Shown: one piece after another, positions 32,289 through 42,768 of the stretch
Layout: every line of letters begins with the position of its first letter
How positions within the stretch are numbered: the stretch's first letter is position 1
DNA from: an uncultured Gemmatimonadales bacterium
Lineage (GTDB): Bacteria; Gemmatimonadota; Gemmatimonadetes; Longimicrobiales; RSA9
DNA: 64,000 bases
NCBI GenBank assembly: GCA_963783305.1
Contig: CAWAMW010000016.1
Coordinates: 416,001 to 480,000 of the forward strand
Direction: 5' to 3'
Made by a program: the position numbers and the translations under genes
Notes under the pieces: generated by a model
Told to the model about the DNA's origin: nothing
The model's input: the letters and a program-made list of their open reading frames with translations, nothing else
Database searches by the model: none

Positions 32289-33056
32289 ATGGGGATCTTT
32301 CAGAAGCTGTCATTGTTGCTGCGTTCGAATATCAACGACGCCATCGCCCGCGCCGAGAACCCGGAGAAGGTTCTCAACCAGCTGATCACGGACATGCGTG
32401 AGCAGCTCAGCAAAGCGAAGCAGGAGGTGGCCGTCGCGATTGCGGACGAGCAGAAGCTCCGCTCGCAGGTGGAGGAGGAGCTCCGTCAGTCGGGGGAGTG
32501 GGAGAAGCGCGCGATGCTCGCGGTGAAGGAGGGCCGCGACGACCTGGCGAAGCAGGCGCTGGTGCGTCAGCAGGAGCACGGGGACCGGGCCAGGGTCCTC
32601 GACGACACCTGGCGGAAGCAGTCGCAGGAGACGGAAAAGGTGAAGGCGAGCCTCCGCGAGCTGAACGACAAGATCGAGGAAGCCAAGCGGAAGAAGAACC
32701 TGCTGGTCGCCAAGCAGAAGCGGGCGCAGGCGCAGCGGCGGATCCACGAGACCATGTCCGGGCTGTCCGACCGCTCCGCCTTCGAGGCGTTTGAGCGAGT
32801 GGCCGACAAGATCGAGGACAGCGAGCGAAAGGCGCTGGCGTCGGCCGAGGTCACGGAGGCGCTCACGGGCGACACGCTGGAGACGCAGTTCAAGCAGCTG
32901 GAGGGCGGCGGCGACGACGTGGATCGGCGGCTGGCCGCGCTCAAGAAGGAGATGGGGCTGCCCAGTGGCAACAGCACGCCAGCGCTCACCAGCGGTGCGG
33001 CCCGGGCCGACGAGGAAGACGGAGAGGTCCACGAAGCACAGATCGAGGAGGAATGA
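32289..33056 (+). CDS. pspA: PspA/IM30 family protein
   Basis: MGIFQKL..LLRSNIN...AENPEK, coiled coil, GRDDLAKQAL, FERVADKI. Confidence 0.95.
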   Translation: MGIFQKLSLLLRSNINDAIARAENPEKVLNQLITDMREQLSKAKQEVAVAIADEQKLRSQVEEELRQSGEWEKRAMLAVKEGRDDLAKQALVRQQEHGDRARVLDDTWRKQSQETEKVKASLRELNDKIEEAKRKKNLLVAKQKRAQAQRRIHETMSGLSDRSAFEAFERVADKIEDSERKALASAEVTEALTGDTLETQFKQLEGGGDDVDRRLAALKKEMGLPSGNSTPALTSGAARADEEDGEVHEAQIEEE

Positions 33057-33679
33057 ACGCCGCTCGCTCTCCTGAAGAGCTGGCGAACGTCGTCACCCAT
33101 GGAGTCGGTGCCGTCGCGAGCCTCCTGGCCGCGGCCGCTCTTGTCGTGTATGCCTCCCTCCATGGCGACGTCTGGGAGATCGTGGGCGTCTCGATCTTCG
33201 TCACGACCCTCGTGGCGCTCTATACCGCGTCCACGCTCTACCACGCAGCGCGGGCGCCGCGGCTTCGGGCCCGGCTCAAGGTCCTGGACCACGCGGCCAT
33301 CTATCTGCTCATCGCCGGCTCCTACACGCCCTTCCTGATCGGCGCGCTCCGGGGCGGCTGGGGCTGGAGCCTCATGGGCGTCATCTGGGGTCTGGCGGTG
33401 GCGGGGATCGGTCTCAAGCTGGTCTTCATCGGCCGCTTCAAGCTCCTCTCCACGCTCGTGTACGTGGGTATGGGCTGGCTGATCCTCGTGGCCATCGTGC
33501 CCATCACCCGCGCCCTGGAGCCGCTCACGCTCGCATGGCTCCTGGCCGGCGGAGTGGCATACACGGCCGGCACACCGTTCTATCACAACGAGCGGCTCCG
33601 CTTCTCGCACGCCGTGTGGCACCTGTTCGTGATCGCCGGCAGCGTCTGCCACGCCGTCGCCGTGGCGACCCTGATTTGA
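33053..33679 (+). CDS. Hemolysin III / PAQR (TrhA) membrane protein
   Basis: EELANVVTHG, STLYH, LDHAAIYLLIAGSYTP, HAVWHLFV. Confidence 0.93.
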   Translation: MNAARSPEELANVVTHGVGAVASLLAAAALVVYASLHGDVWEIVGVSIFVTTLVALYTASTLYHAARAPRLRARLKVLDHAAIYLLIAGSYTPFLIGALRGGWGWSLMGVIWGLAVAGIGLKLVFIGRFKLLSTLVYVGMGWLILVAIVPITRALEPLTLAWLLAGGVAYTAGTPFYHNERLRFSHAVWHLFVIAGSVCHAVAVATLI

Positions 33680-34845
33680 TGGCCGCGAACGCCGTGGACC
33701 GGAAGGGATTCGGAGCGGTGGCGAGCACGGTGTTCGTCCTCCTCCTCCTGCTGTTCATCTACAGCATCGCGGAGATCCTGCTCCTGCTGTTCATTGCCGT
33801 GCTCTTCTCGCTCTACCTGGGCGCGATCACGGATACGCTCCAGCGGCGGTTCGCCGTGCCGCGTCCGCTCGGGTTGCTCCTCGCCATACTCATCACGACC
33901 GCGGCCGTAGTGGGGATCGGCTACCTCATGGTGCCGCCGGTGACCGAGCAGACGTCGGAGCTGGTTACGCAGCTGCCCGACCAGCTCGAGCGCCTGGAAG
34001 ACGATCTCATCGACCTGGCGGAGGAGTCGCCGATGATGGCGAACTTCTTCGGTCAGATCGAGGAGGGGGAGAGCTACGTCGGGAACATTGCCGCCGAGGT
34101 CGGTGGCTATTTCCGCGGTGTGATCCCCTACATCTTCAGCGGGATGACGTTCTTCATCCACTTCGTTTCGGTGCTCGTCATGGGCATCTACATGACGCTG
34201 CGGCCGTCCATGTACCGGGAAGGCCTGATCGCGCTGGCGCCGCCCGTCCACCGGGAACTGGTGCGGGACATCCTCACGGACCTGGCCGTAACGCTGCGGG
34301 CGTGGATCGTCGGGCAGCTCCTGGCCATGTTCTCCCTCGGGGTGCTCACATGGGTGGGGCTCATCCTGCTCGGCGTGCCGTACGCCCTGGCATTCGGCGT
34401 CCTCACGGGGCTCGTCGCCATCGTGCCCTTCTTCGGTACGCTGGTCTCGACGCTTCTCCCGGCCATCTTCGTGCTCGGGCAGGGCTTCGCCGTAAAGGCG
34501 ATCCTGGTGGCGTTGCTGGGGGTGGTGGTGCACCTGGTGGAGGCGAACTTCATCGCCCCCATGATCATGGAGCGACAGGTCTCGCTCCCGCCGGTCCTGA
34601 CGCTCCTGAGCGTCCTCGTCATGGCCCACCTCATGGAGGTGATCGGGCTGCTCGTGGCGGTGCCGGTGCTCGCGTCGACGCTCGTGCTGGTCCGGCGGAT
34701 CTATATCCACCGGGTCCTGGAAGGGAAGGGGTTCCGGAAAGCGGTGCGCGATCAACCGATCGAGCTGCGGATCCCCGAGGATGCCCACGTCCTCATCCAC
34801 CCTTCCGCCCGCGACCGCAGCATCCCGTCCATGCTCGAGGGCTGA
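33679..34845 (+). CDS. AI-2E family transporter
   Basis: Polytopic; WIVGQL, IVPFFG, EANFIAPMIM..VSLPP. Confidence 0.9.
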   Translation: MAANAVDRKGFGAVASTVFVLLLLLFIYSIAEILLLLFIAVLFSLYLGAITDTLQRRFAVPRPLGLLLAILITTAAVVGIGYLMVPPVTEQTSELVTQLPDQLERLEDDLIDLAEESPMMANFFGQIEEGESYVGNIAAEVGGYFRGVIPYIFSGMTFFIHFVSVLVMGIYMTLRPSMYREGLIALAPPVHRELVRDILTDLAVTLRAWIVGQLLAMFSLGVLTWVGLILLGVPYALAFGVLTGLVAIVPFFGTLVSTLLPAIFVLGQGFAVKAILVALLGVVVHLVEANFIAPMIMERQVSLPPVLTLLSVLVMAHLMEVIGLLVAVPVLASTLVLVRRIYIHRVLEGKGFRKAVRDQPIELRIPEDAHVLIHPSARDRSIPSMLEG

Positions 34846-34854
34846 GCCGCCGCC

Positions 34855-36177
34855 CTACCGATACAGCAGGTAGGGCCGCCGGGCCGCTTCGAAGGCGCGG
34901 CTCTCTTCATTCCATCCTGCCGTCACCTCGGGGAGCTCCGCGCCGGCGATGATGCTCTGCCGGACACGATCGGTCCCCGCCAGCCGGTCGAAATGGGAGA
35001 CGTACCATTCCACGAGATCCGGGTGCGCCCGGTGGATCTCGATCAGCGCGGCGATGGCGGCGACCGTCGGGTCGTAGCGGTCCCGGTCCGTGGCGATGAA
35101 CCGGATCCCCGGCACCTCCATGCCGCCGAACTTGCGGTCCCCCGGCGACTCGGGGACGAAGGCCACCGGCTCGAATCGGACGCCCTCCAGCCCGGCCGCG
35201 TTCAGCCGCGCGGCCACGGCCGCCGCGTCCAGCCACGGTGCGCCGATCTGCTGGAACGCCCGGTCCGTGCCCCGACCGACGGACAGGTTGGTGCCCTCGA
35301 AGAGGCAGGTGCCGGGGTAATGAGTCGCGCTCTCCAGCGACGGCATGTTGGGCGATGGCGGCACCCACGGCAGCCCCGTCTCGTCGTACCACTCGGCGCG
35401 CTCCCATCCTTTTATGGCGGCCACGCGCAGATCCACGTCCACGCCAAAGTGGCCCACGAGCATCCGCGCCAACTCACCCGCGGTGAGCCCGTGCCGCATC
35501 GGCACAGGGTAGAGCCCCACGAACGTCGAATACTCGGGCTCGAGCGCGTTCCCCTGCACCAGCGCTCCGCTGAGAGGATTGGGACGGTCCAGCACGAGAA
35601 ATCGTACGCCCGCCTCTCCCGCCGCCTCCATCGCCAGCGCCATGGTCCAGACGTACGTGTAGTAGCGGGCGCCAATGTCCTGAATGTCGAAGGCCAGCAC
35701 GTCGATCCCGTCCAGCATCGCGGCCGTGGGTCTGCGGGTATCACCGTAGAGCGAATGGATGGGGAGCCCCGTCCGCGGGTCCACCTCGTCGCCCACCGTC
35801 TCCCCGGCATCGGCGCTCCCACGGATCCCGTGCTCCGGGCTGAACAGCGCCACGAGATCGAGCGCATCGCTGCCCGCGAGTCGATCGATGGTGCTCACGG
35901 TCGCGCCGTCTGACCACGACAATCCAGTATGGTTCGTGATCAGGCCCACCCGTCGCCCCCGCACCAGGTGCAGGCTGTCGCTCAACAGGACGTCGATGCC
36001 GAGGGTGACGGGAGCGTTCTCCCGCGGGGCCGGCGCTCCGCCCCCGGCGTTCACGGCCTCACCGGCGGCCTCCGCTTCGCCGGGGCCCTCCGCCCCCGAC
36101 CCGCTGGCGCAGCCGGACAGCGCGAGCGACAGCGGGATGAACGCCGCGGCCACCAGCGTTCCGGTGTTCCGGCCCAC
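34855..36177 (-). CDS. namZ: Exo-beta-N-acetylmuramidase NamZ (DUF1343), lipoprotein
   Basis: GTG with GGAGG RBS; lipobox LSGC; GLITNHTG, FSPEHG, DIQDIGARYYTY, DRPNP, RHGLTAGE, PSPN, EGTNLSVGRGT. Confidence 0.92.
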   Translation of the reverse strand: MGRNTGTLVAAAFIPLSLALSGCASGSGAEGPGEAEAAGEAVNAGGGAPAPRENAPVTLGIDVLLSDSLHLVRGRRVGLITNHTGLSWSDGATVSTIDRLAGSDALDLVALFSPEHGIRGSADAGETVGDEVDPRTGLPIHSLYGDTRRPTAAMLDGIDVLAFDIQDIGARYYTYVWTMALAMEAAGEAGVRFLVLDRPNPLSGALVQGNALEPEYSTFVGLYPVPMRHGLTAGELARMLVGHFGVDVDLRVAAIKGWERAEWYDETGLPWVPPSPNMPSLESATHYPGTCLFEGTNLSVGRGTDRAFQQIGAPWLDAAAVAARLNAAGLEGVRFEPVAFVPESPGDRKFGGMEVPGIRFIATDRDRYDPTVAAIAALIEIHRAHPDLVEWYVSHFDRLAGTDRVRQSIIAGAELPEVTAGWNEESRAFEAARRPYLLYR

Positions 36178-36229
36178 CGACCGGCGCCTCCGCTTCCGAT
36201 CGAACTCGCCGTTGGATAGTATAGGCTTC

Positions 36230-39200
36230 ATGTCTCTTTCAATGCGGTTTCCCGTGATTGTCATGGCCGTCGTCGCGGCCTCGTGTGTGGCGCCCCGGCC
36301 GCCAGCTCCGTCGGCGCCATCGAACACGGCGCCATCGAACACGGCGCCAACGGATACGGCGCCAGTCGCGGTGGTCGTCCCGGCCTCCGCCGCGGCGGAG
36401 GCCGTCCCCGTCGCTCGCGGGCTCCTCCCCATCGACCGTGAGGCACGGCGCTGGGTGGACTCGACCCTGGCGACCCTGGATACCCGTGAGCGTGCCGCCC
36501 AGCTGGTCATGCCCTGGATGTGGGGGCGGTACGTTCCCGAGGGCGACGAGGCCTGGGGGCGGCTCCGCTCCTGGGTCGAGGCCGGCGTGGGCGGGATCAT
36601 CACCTCCATCGGTCCTCCGCTGGCGCTCGCCGACAAGCTGAACCGGCTCCAGCGCATGGCCTCCGTGCCGCTCCTCTTCTCCGTGGACATGGAGCACGGG
36701 CCCGGCCAGCGGTTGTCGTCTGGCGTGCTCCTCCCCTACGGCCTCGATATGGGCAGCGGCACCGAGTTCCCTCCTGCCATGGCGTTCGGCGCCGCCGGCG
36801 AAACGGAGCTGGCGTACGAGCTCGGTCGCATTACCGCCGTGGAAGCCAGGGCCGTGGGCATCCACATGGATTTCGCACCCGTGGTCGATGTCAACAACAA
36901 CCCGGCCAACCCCATCATAAACGTACGGAGCTACGGGGGCGACCCGGATGCGGTGGCGCGCCTCGCGGTGGCACAGCTGAAGGGCCTTCAGGACCACGGC
37001 ATGCTCGCGACGGCCAAGCACTTCCCGGGGCACGGCGACGTCGAGTACGACACGCATCTCGTCCCGCTGATCCTCCGCATCAATGCCGCGCGCGCCGACA
37101 GTGTCGAGCTGGTGCCGTACCGCGCGGCCATCCGGGCGGGGGTCGCCGGCGTGATGAGCGCCCACATCGCCTTCCCGGCGCTCTCGGGCGACTCCATCCT
37201 CCCGGCCACGCTGTCGCCGCGCATGCTGGACTCGCTGCTGGTGCGGGAGCTCGGGTTCGACGGGCTCGTGGTCACCGACGCCCTCGACATGGGGGCCATC
37301 GTGCGCCGGTTCGGCGCTGGAGAATCCGCCGTTCTGGCGCTGGTCGCCGGGGCCGACATCCTCCTCCAGCCCGTGGACCCGATCGTAACGGTGGACGCCG
37401 TCGTAGCCGCGGTGCAGGAGGGCCGGATCACGCCGGCTCGCTTGGAGCGCTCGGTTCGAAAGGTCCTGGCGGCGAAGGCGCGGGTCGGGCTCCACCGGCG
37501 GCGGACGGTCGACCTCGACCGCATCGCACAGGTGGTCGGCGCGCCCGAGCACCGCGTCGTCGCCGCACGCGCCGCGGAGCGCTCCATCACGCTCGTCCGC
37601 GACCATGACGGGCTCGTGCCACTGAGCTCGCCGTGGGTGGCCCCGGTGCTGATGGTGAGCTACACCGACCACATGAGTCCCTTCGAGGGGCGGACCCTCG
37701 CCCGAGCCCTGAGGGCAGCGGGCGTGAGCGTCGACCACATGACCCTCGGTCCGGACCTACCGCACCGCAACCTCCTCGACTCGCTTGCCACCCGCGCCGA
37801 CCGCGCCGCCCTCGTCATTGTGGCGGCGAACGCCCGCGTCCGGGGCGACCGGTCCGCGGCCCTCGACTCGGTTTCGGCGGCGGCACTCCGCACGGTGATC
37901 GCGGCCCGCCCCACGATCGTCGTTTCCCTGGGCAGCCCCTACCTGCTGCAGGAGCTGCCGGAGGCAGGCACCTACCTGCTCGGCTGGGCTGCGGGCGATG
38001 TGAGTCAGACGGCCGTGGCCCGGGCGCTCCTTGGAGACGCTCCCATAACCGGGACCCTCCCCACCGCCATTCCGCCGTTCCACAGTCGCGGGGACGGAAT
38101 CCGCGTGGAGCCGTCCGGGCTCGATCCCGCCGCCCTCGATTCCATCGGTGCGGTCATCCGGGCGGCCATCGACTCGGGGGTAACGCCGGGCGCGGTCGTG
38201 GCCGTGGGACGATCGCGGGGGCCCGCGTGGGTGCGTGCGCTCGGTCGCACCGACTGGGCGCCGGGCGCTCCCGCGGTCACTGATTCCACGATCTACGACC
38301 TTGCCTCGCTCACGAAGGTGGTGGCGACCACCACCGCGGTCATGACGCTCGTGGATGAAGGTCGCATCGAGCTGGACGCCCCCCTCTCCCGCTATCTGCC
38401 GGAGTGGCCCATCGGCGGATGGCGCGACGAGGTCACCATCCGGCGGCTCCTCACGCACACCGCGGGACTGTCCGCTTTCGCACCCTTCTGGCACCCCGCC
38501 CAGGGCGCGCTACGCGGGCGCGACGCCATCCTGGCGGCCATCGTGGACCGGGAGCCGGATTCTACCCCCGGCTCCCGCTACGTGTACAGCGACCTCGGCG
38601 CCATCCTCCTCGGGGCTGCCGCCGAGGAGGTGGCGGGGGCGCCGCTGGACGCATACCTCCGCGCTGCGCTCTTCGACCGTCTGGGAATGGACGACACCGG
38701 CTTCAACCCCGCGGCGCCACTGGACCGTATCGCGCCTACGGAAGTGGATACGATCTTCCGGCACACCCATGTCCACGGCGTGGTCCACGATGAGAACGCC
38801 TTTGCCATGGGCGGTGTGGCCGGCCACGCCGGCCTCTTCTCCACCGCCCCGGACCTCGCCCGGTTCGCCCGGATGCTCCTCCGCGCCCATCGCAGTGGCG
38901 GGGACCCGGCGAAAGAGGCGGATGCCGCCGGCGTGGGAGCCGTGGTGTCCGCGGGGATCATCCGGGAGTTCACACGGCAGCAGCCGGGGTGGGACCGGGG
39001 GCTGGGATGGGATGTTCGTGCCGGCACGAGGATCGCAGAGTCGTTTTCGCCGGCCGCATTTGGCCACACCGGGTTCACCGGGACGAGTCTGTGGATCGAT
39101 CCCGGAAACGACCTGTACATCGTGCTGCTGACGAACCGGGTGAACCCCACCCGTGCCGGGAGCGGGATTGGCGCGTTGCGGGAGGCCGTGCACGAGCTCG

Positions 39201-39238
39201 CGGTGCGTGCAGCCGGGACGGGAGGGGGGGCGCGCTGA
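36230..39238 (+). CDS. nagZ: Lipoprotein fusion: GH3 beta-N-acetylglucosaminidase plus beta-lactamase-fold serine hydrolase (AmiE-like)
   Basis: Lipobox AASC; KHFPGHGDVEYDTH NagZ motif; C-terminal ASLTK (SxxK), YVYSD, GHTGFTG. Confidence 0.9.
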   Translation: MSLSMRFPVIVMAVVAASCVAPRPPAPSAPSNTAPSNTAPTDTAPVAVVVPASAAAEAVPVARGLLPIDREARRWVDSTLATLDTRERAAQLVMPWMWGRYVPEGDEAWGRLRSWVEAGVGGIITSIGPPLALADKLNRLQRMASVPLLFSVDMEHGPGQRLSSGVLLPYGLDMGSGTEFPPAMAFGAAGETELAYELGRITAVEARAVGIHMDFAPVVDVNNNPANPIINVRSYGGDPDAVARLAVAQLKGLQDHGMLATAKHFPGHGDVEYDTHLVPLILRINAARADSVELVPYRAAIRAGVAGVMSAHIAFPALSGDSILPATLSPRMLDSLLVRELGFDGLVVTDALDMGAIVRRFGAGESAVLALVAGADILLQPVDPIVTVDAVVAAVQEGRITPARLERSVRKVLAAKARVGLHRRRTVDLDRIAQVVGAPEHRVVAARAAERSITLVRDHDGLVPLSSPWVAPVLMVSYTDHMSPFEGRTLARALRAAGVSVDHMTLGPDLPHRNLLDSLATRADRAALVIVAANARVRGDRSAALDSVSAAALRTVIAARPTIVVSLGSPYLLQELPEAGTYLLGWAAGDVSQTAVARALLGDAPITGTLPTAIPPFHSRGDGIRVEPSGLDPAALDSIGAVIRAAIDSGVTPGAVVAVGRSRGPAWVRALGRTDWAPGAPAVTDSTIYDLASLTKVVATTTAVMTLVDEGRIELDAPLSRYLPEWPIGGWRDEVTIRRLLTHTAGLSAFAPFWHPAQGALRGRDAILAAIVDREPDSTPGSRYVYSDLGAILLGAAAEEVAGAPLDAYLRAALFDRLGMDDTGFNPAAPLDRIAPTEVDTIFRHTHVHGVVHDENAFAMGGVAGHAGLFSTAPDLARFARMLLRAHRSGGDPAKEADAAGVGAVVSAGIIREFTRQQPGWDRGLGWDVRAGTRIAESFSPAAFGHTGFTGTSLWIDPGNDLYIVLLTNRVNPTRAGSGIGALREAVHELAVRAAGTGGGAR

Positions 39239-39293
39239 GGGAGCAGGCGCTGTACGTTGGCGCAGCAACGCATCGTCATACATGAGGAAGGGC

Positions 39294-41186
39294 ATGCAAC
39301 ACACCGAGCACGTCAATGTCGTCATTGCACGGGACCACGAGGAGATCGCGCGCCGCGTCGCGGACCGGATCGAGAACCTGATACGGGAACGGCAGGCCTC
39401 GGGGGAGACCGCGGTCCTCGGGCTTGCCACCGGCTCCACACCGATCGGCGTGTACAAGGAGCTCATCCGTCGTCATCGCAATGAAGGGCTCAGCTTCCGG
39501 AACGTGATCACGTTCAACCTGGACGAGTACTTCCCCATGAACCCGGGCAGCATCCACAGCTACCACCGGTTCATGCACGAGAACCTCTTCGACGCCATCG
39601 ACATCCCGGACGAGAACGTCCACATCCCGCGTGGGGACCTTCCGCGGCGGGACGTGGAGCGTCACGCGCAGGATTACGAGTCCGCGATTCGGGCCGTGAA
39701 CGGGATCGACCTGCAGCTCCTGGGCATCGGGAAGACGGGGCACGTGGGGTTCAACGAGCCGGGAAGCGGTCGCGAAAGCCGCACGCGCCTGATCCATCTG
39801 GATACGGTCACCCGGAAGGATGCCGCCGCGGACTTCTTCGGTGAGGAGAACGTGCCGAAAGAGGCCATCACCATGGGCGTGGCCACCATCATGGAGGCCC
39901 AGGAGGTGATCCTGATCGCCACGGGTGAGCACAAGGCGCCCATCGTGCGTCGGGCCGTGGAGGGCGAGATCTCACCGGACGTGGCCGCGACGTTCCTCCA
40001 GGAGCACCCGGATGCCACGTTCTTCATCGATCTGGCGGCGGCCGGCGCCCTCACGCGTATCGAGACGCCGTGGCTGGTCCGACCGGTGGAGTGGGACGAT
40101 GCGCTGGCGGAGCGAGCGGTCGTATGGCTGTCGAAGCAGAGGCAGACGGCCATCCTGCGGCTGAGCGAGGGCGATTATCGGGAGGCGCACCTCGCGTCAC
40201 TGCTGGCCCAGCACAACTCGGCCGACCTGCTGAACACCGCCGTTTTCTCCCGCATCGAGTCGAAGGTCCGGGACAACCCGCGCCTCCCGCTCAAGCAGAA
40301 CGTGATCGTCTTCAGCCCCCACCCGGATGACGACGTCATCTCCATGGGCGGCATGCTGCGGAAGCTGCGGGAGAACGACAACAACGTGGTCGTGGCGTAC
40401 ATGACATCGGGGAACATCGCGGTCTTCGACCACGAAGTCCGTCGCTATCTCGATTTCGTTCGGCGCTTCGAGGCGGAAGTGCGGATGCGGTCGGTGGGCG
40501 ACGGCGCCCCCGAGGAGAGCGCCCCGACACCGGGGCTGGCGGCGCTGGACGCGCTGATCACCCGGATCGACATGGCGCTCACACAGAAGGAGCCGGGCGA
40601 GATCGACATCCAGGAGGTCCAGGACATCAAGCGCCATATCCGCGAGACGGAAGCGATCGCGGGCGTCCAGTCGCTGGGCTACGACCGATCGGTGTGCCGT
40701 TTCCTCGACCTGCCCTTCTACCAGACGGGGACCGTCAAGAAGAACGAAGTGGGACCCGAGGACGTGCGGATCGTTCGCGAGCTGATGGCGGAGGTGGACC
40801 CGGACGTGATCTACGTCGCGGGCGACCTGAGCGACCCTCACGGGACTCACCGCCAGTGCAAGGAGGCCATCGACAGGGCGCTCAAGGAGTACCAGGGTGG
40901 GCGCCCCGAGGTCTGGCTCTACCGGGGTGCGTGGCAGGAGTGGGCCGTGCATGAGGCCGATGTCTTCGTCCCGCTCAGCCGCGAGGACCTGCGGCGGAAG
41001 ATCTTCGCCATCTTCAAGCACCAGTCGCAGAAGGACACCGCGCCCTTCCCGGGCGGGCACGACGATCGGGAGTTCTGGCAGCGCGTGGAGGACCGGAACC
41101 GGAGCACGGCCAACGAGCTGGACCGCCTGGGGCTCCCCGAGTTCCATGCCGCGGAAGCATTCGTGGTACGAAACGGGGAACGCTAG
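39294..41186 (+). CDS. nagB: Glucosamine-6-phosphate deaminase fused to a PIG-L/LmbE deacetylase domain (NagB-II type)
   Basis: LGLATGSTP, FNLDEY, GHVGFNEPG; C-terminal SPHPDDDVI, DPHGTH, HQSQ. Confidence 0.93.
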   Translation: MQHTEHVNVVIARDHEEIARRVADRIENLIRERQASGETAVLGLATGSTPIGVYKELIRRHRNEGLSFRNVITFNLDEYFPMNPGSIHSYHRFMHENLFDAIDIPDENVHIPRGDLPRRDVERHAQDYESAIRAVNGIDLQLLGIGKTGHVGFNEPGSGRESRTRLIHLDTVTRKDAAADFFGEENVPKEAITMGVATIMEAQEVILIATGEHKAPIVRRAVEGEISPDVAATFLQEHPDATFFIDLAAAGALTRIETPWLVRPVEWDDALAERAVVWLSKQRQTAILRLSEGDYREAHLASLLAQHNSADLLNTAVFSRIESKVRDNPRLPLKQNVIVFSPHPDDDVISMGGMLRKLRENDNNVVVAYMTSGNIAVFDHEVRRYLDFVRRFEAEVRMRSVGDGAPEESAPTPGLAALDALITRIDMALTQKEPGEIDIQEVQDIKRHIRETEAIAGVQSLGYDRSVCRFLDLPFYQTGTVKKNEVGPEDVRIVRELMAEVDPDVIYVAGDLSDPHGTHRQCKEAIDRALKEYQGGRPEVWLYRGAWQEWAVHEADVFVPLSREDLRRKIFAIFKHQSQKDTAPFPGGHDDREFWQRVEDRNRSTANELDRLGLPEFHAAEAFVVRNGER

Positions 41187-41204
41187 GCACCCGCTGCCGC
41201 GCCC

Positions 41205-42674
41205 ATGACCCTGACGCCCCTCGACATCGTCGTCCTGGTCGCCTACCTGGGCGGCGTGATCGGGCTGGGCACCTGGATGGGCCGGTCCCAGAACTCCGCC
41301 AGGGACTATTTCCTGGCGGGGCACGACGTGCCGTGGTGGGCGATCATGCTCTCGGTCGTGGCCACGGAGACGAGCGCCCTCACCTTCATCAGCATCCCGG
41401 CGACGGCCTATACGGCCGATTTCTGGATCCTCCAGCTTGCGGTCGGCTACCTCATCGGCCGCGTTGCCGTCGCCTACGTGCTGCTGCCCGGCTATTTCCG
41501 CGGCGAGCTGACCACGGCGTACGCCCTGCTCGAGGACCGCTTCGGGCTCCCGACCCGCCGCTTCGCGTCCTCCATCTTCATGGTCACGCGGGCGTTTGCC
41601 GACAGCGTCCGCATCTTCGCGGCGGCCATACCGCTCGCTCTCATCACCGGGTGGCCGTACTGGCAGGTGATCCTGCTCGTGGGCATGGCCACCCTGCTGT
41701 ACACGTGGTACGGCGGCCTCAAGGCGGTCGTCTGGGTGGACGTGGTGCAGATGGGACTCTACCTGGTCGGAGGTGTGGCCGCCCTCTGGGTCCTCACCGA
41801 CTCGGTGCCCGGCGGCTGGCCCGCGATCTCCAGCGCCGCAGCGGCGACCGATACGTTCCGGATCGTCCACCTGGAGGGCGGGGCGGCCCAGGCGACGTGG
41901 CTGGTGACCGGGCTCGTGGGCGGCGCGTTCCTCTCCATGGCGACTCACGGTGTGGACCACCTCGTGGTCCAGCGCCTGCTGGCGGCTCCGGGGCTACCGG
42001 ACGCCCGGAAGGCGGTGATCGGCAGCGGCGTGCTGGTCATCGCCCAGTTCGCGCTCTTCCTCCTGGTGGGAGCCGGGCTCAAGGTGTTCTATGCCGGCCG
42101 CGTATTCGAGACTCCGGACGAGGTTTTCCCGCTCTTCATCATCGAGGGTCTGCCCGCGGGACTGAGCGGCCTGATCGTGGCCGGCATCCTGGCCGCGGCC
42201 ATGTCCACGGTGTCCAGCTCCCTCAACTCCCTGGCGTCCGCCACCACGCACGACCTCTACGCCCCCACCTCCGGGCGCGCCGGGGACGACCGGCACCTCC
42301 TGGCCGTGGGGCGGCGCTTCACACTCCTCTGGGCCGCCATACTCATCGGCGGCGCCATCCTGTTCGAGCTGGCGCAGCAGGGCACGCCCATCGTCGTCAT
42401 CGCGCTCCAGATCGCTTCGTTCACCTTTGGTCCGCTCCTGGGAGGGTTCCTGCTCGGCACCCTTTTTCGCCGCCCCGACCAGACCGACGCCATGCTCGGG
42501 ATCGGGAGCGCTGTGGTGATCATGACCGTGCTCTGGGCGGCGCAGACATTCGGCGCGATCGACCGGCTGGTGGACACCCTGTGGTTCGCCCTCATAGGGT
42601 CCGCCATCACCGTGGCCATCGGCATGACGAGCGCGGCCGTTCGACGGAGAGGCTCGGCGCGGCCCGGGCCTTGA
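41205..42674 (+). CDS. Sodium:solute symporter
   Basis: DYFLAG..VPWWA, ATETSALTF, VVWVDVVQ, VQRLLA, AAAMSTVSSSLNSLA. Confidence 0.92.
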   Translation: MTLTPLDIVVLVAYLGGVIGLGTWMGRSQNSARDYFLAGHDVPWWAIMLSVVATETSALTFISIPATAYTADFWILQLAVGYLIGRVAVAYVLLPGYFRGELTTAYALLEDRFGLPTRRFASSIFMVTRAFADSVRIFAAAIPLALITGWPYWQVILLVGMATLLYTWYGGLKAVVWVDVVQMGLYLVGGVAALWVLTDSVPGGWPAISSAAAATDTFRIVHLEGGAAQATWLVTGLVGGAFLSMATHGVDHLVVQRLLAAPGLPDARKAVIGSGVLVIAQFALFLLVGAGLKVFYAGRVFETPDEVFPLFIIEGLPAGLSGLIVAGILAAAMSTVSSSLNSLASATTHDLYAPTSGRAGDDRHLLAVGRRFTLLWAAILIGGAILFELAQQGTPIVVIALQIASFTFGPLLGGFLLGTLFRRPDQTDAMLGIGSAVVIMTVLWAAQTFGAIDRLVDTLWFALIGSAITVAIGMTSAAVRRRGSARPGP

Positions 42675-42768
42675 CCGACGTTTTCGCCCCGCTCAGCATG
42701 AGCGGCCGCGTCGTCGCCACGTTCGCCATCGGCCGTGCCGACCGGGTCGATCCCGTGCAGGCGGTGCG

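Noticed and set aside
36314..36363. 15-bp repeat in the nagZ 5' region
   Set aside because: Encodes an ordinary APSNT linker after the lipobox
38100..39238. True beta-lactamase resistance gene
   Set aside because: The SxxK domain is fused to NagZ in a salvage locus; an AmiE/esterase-like role fits better
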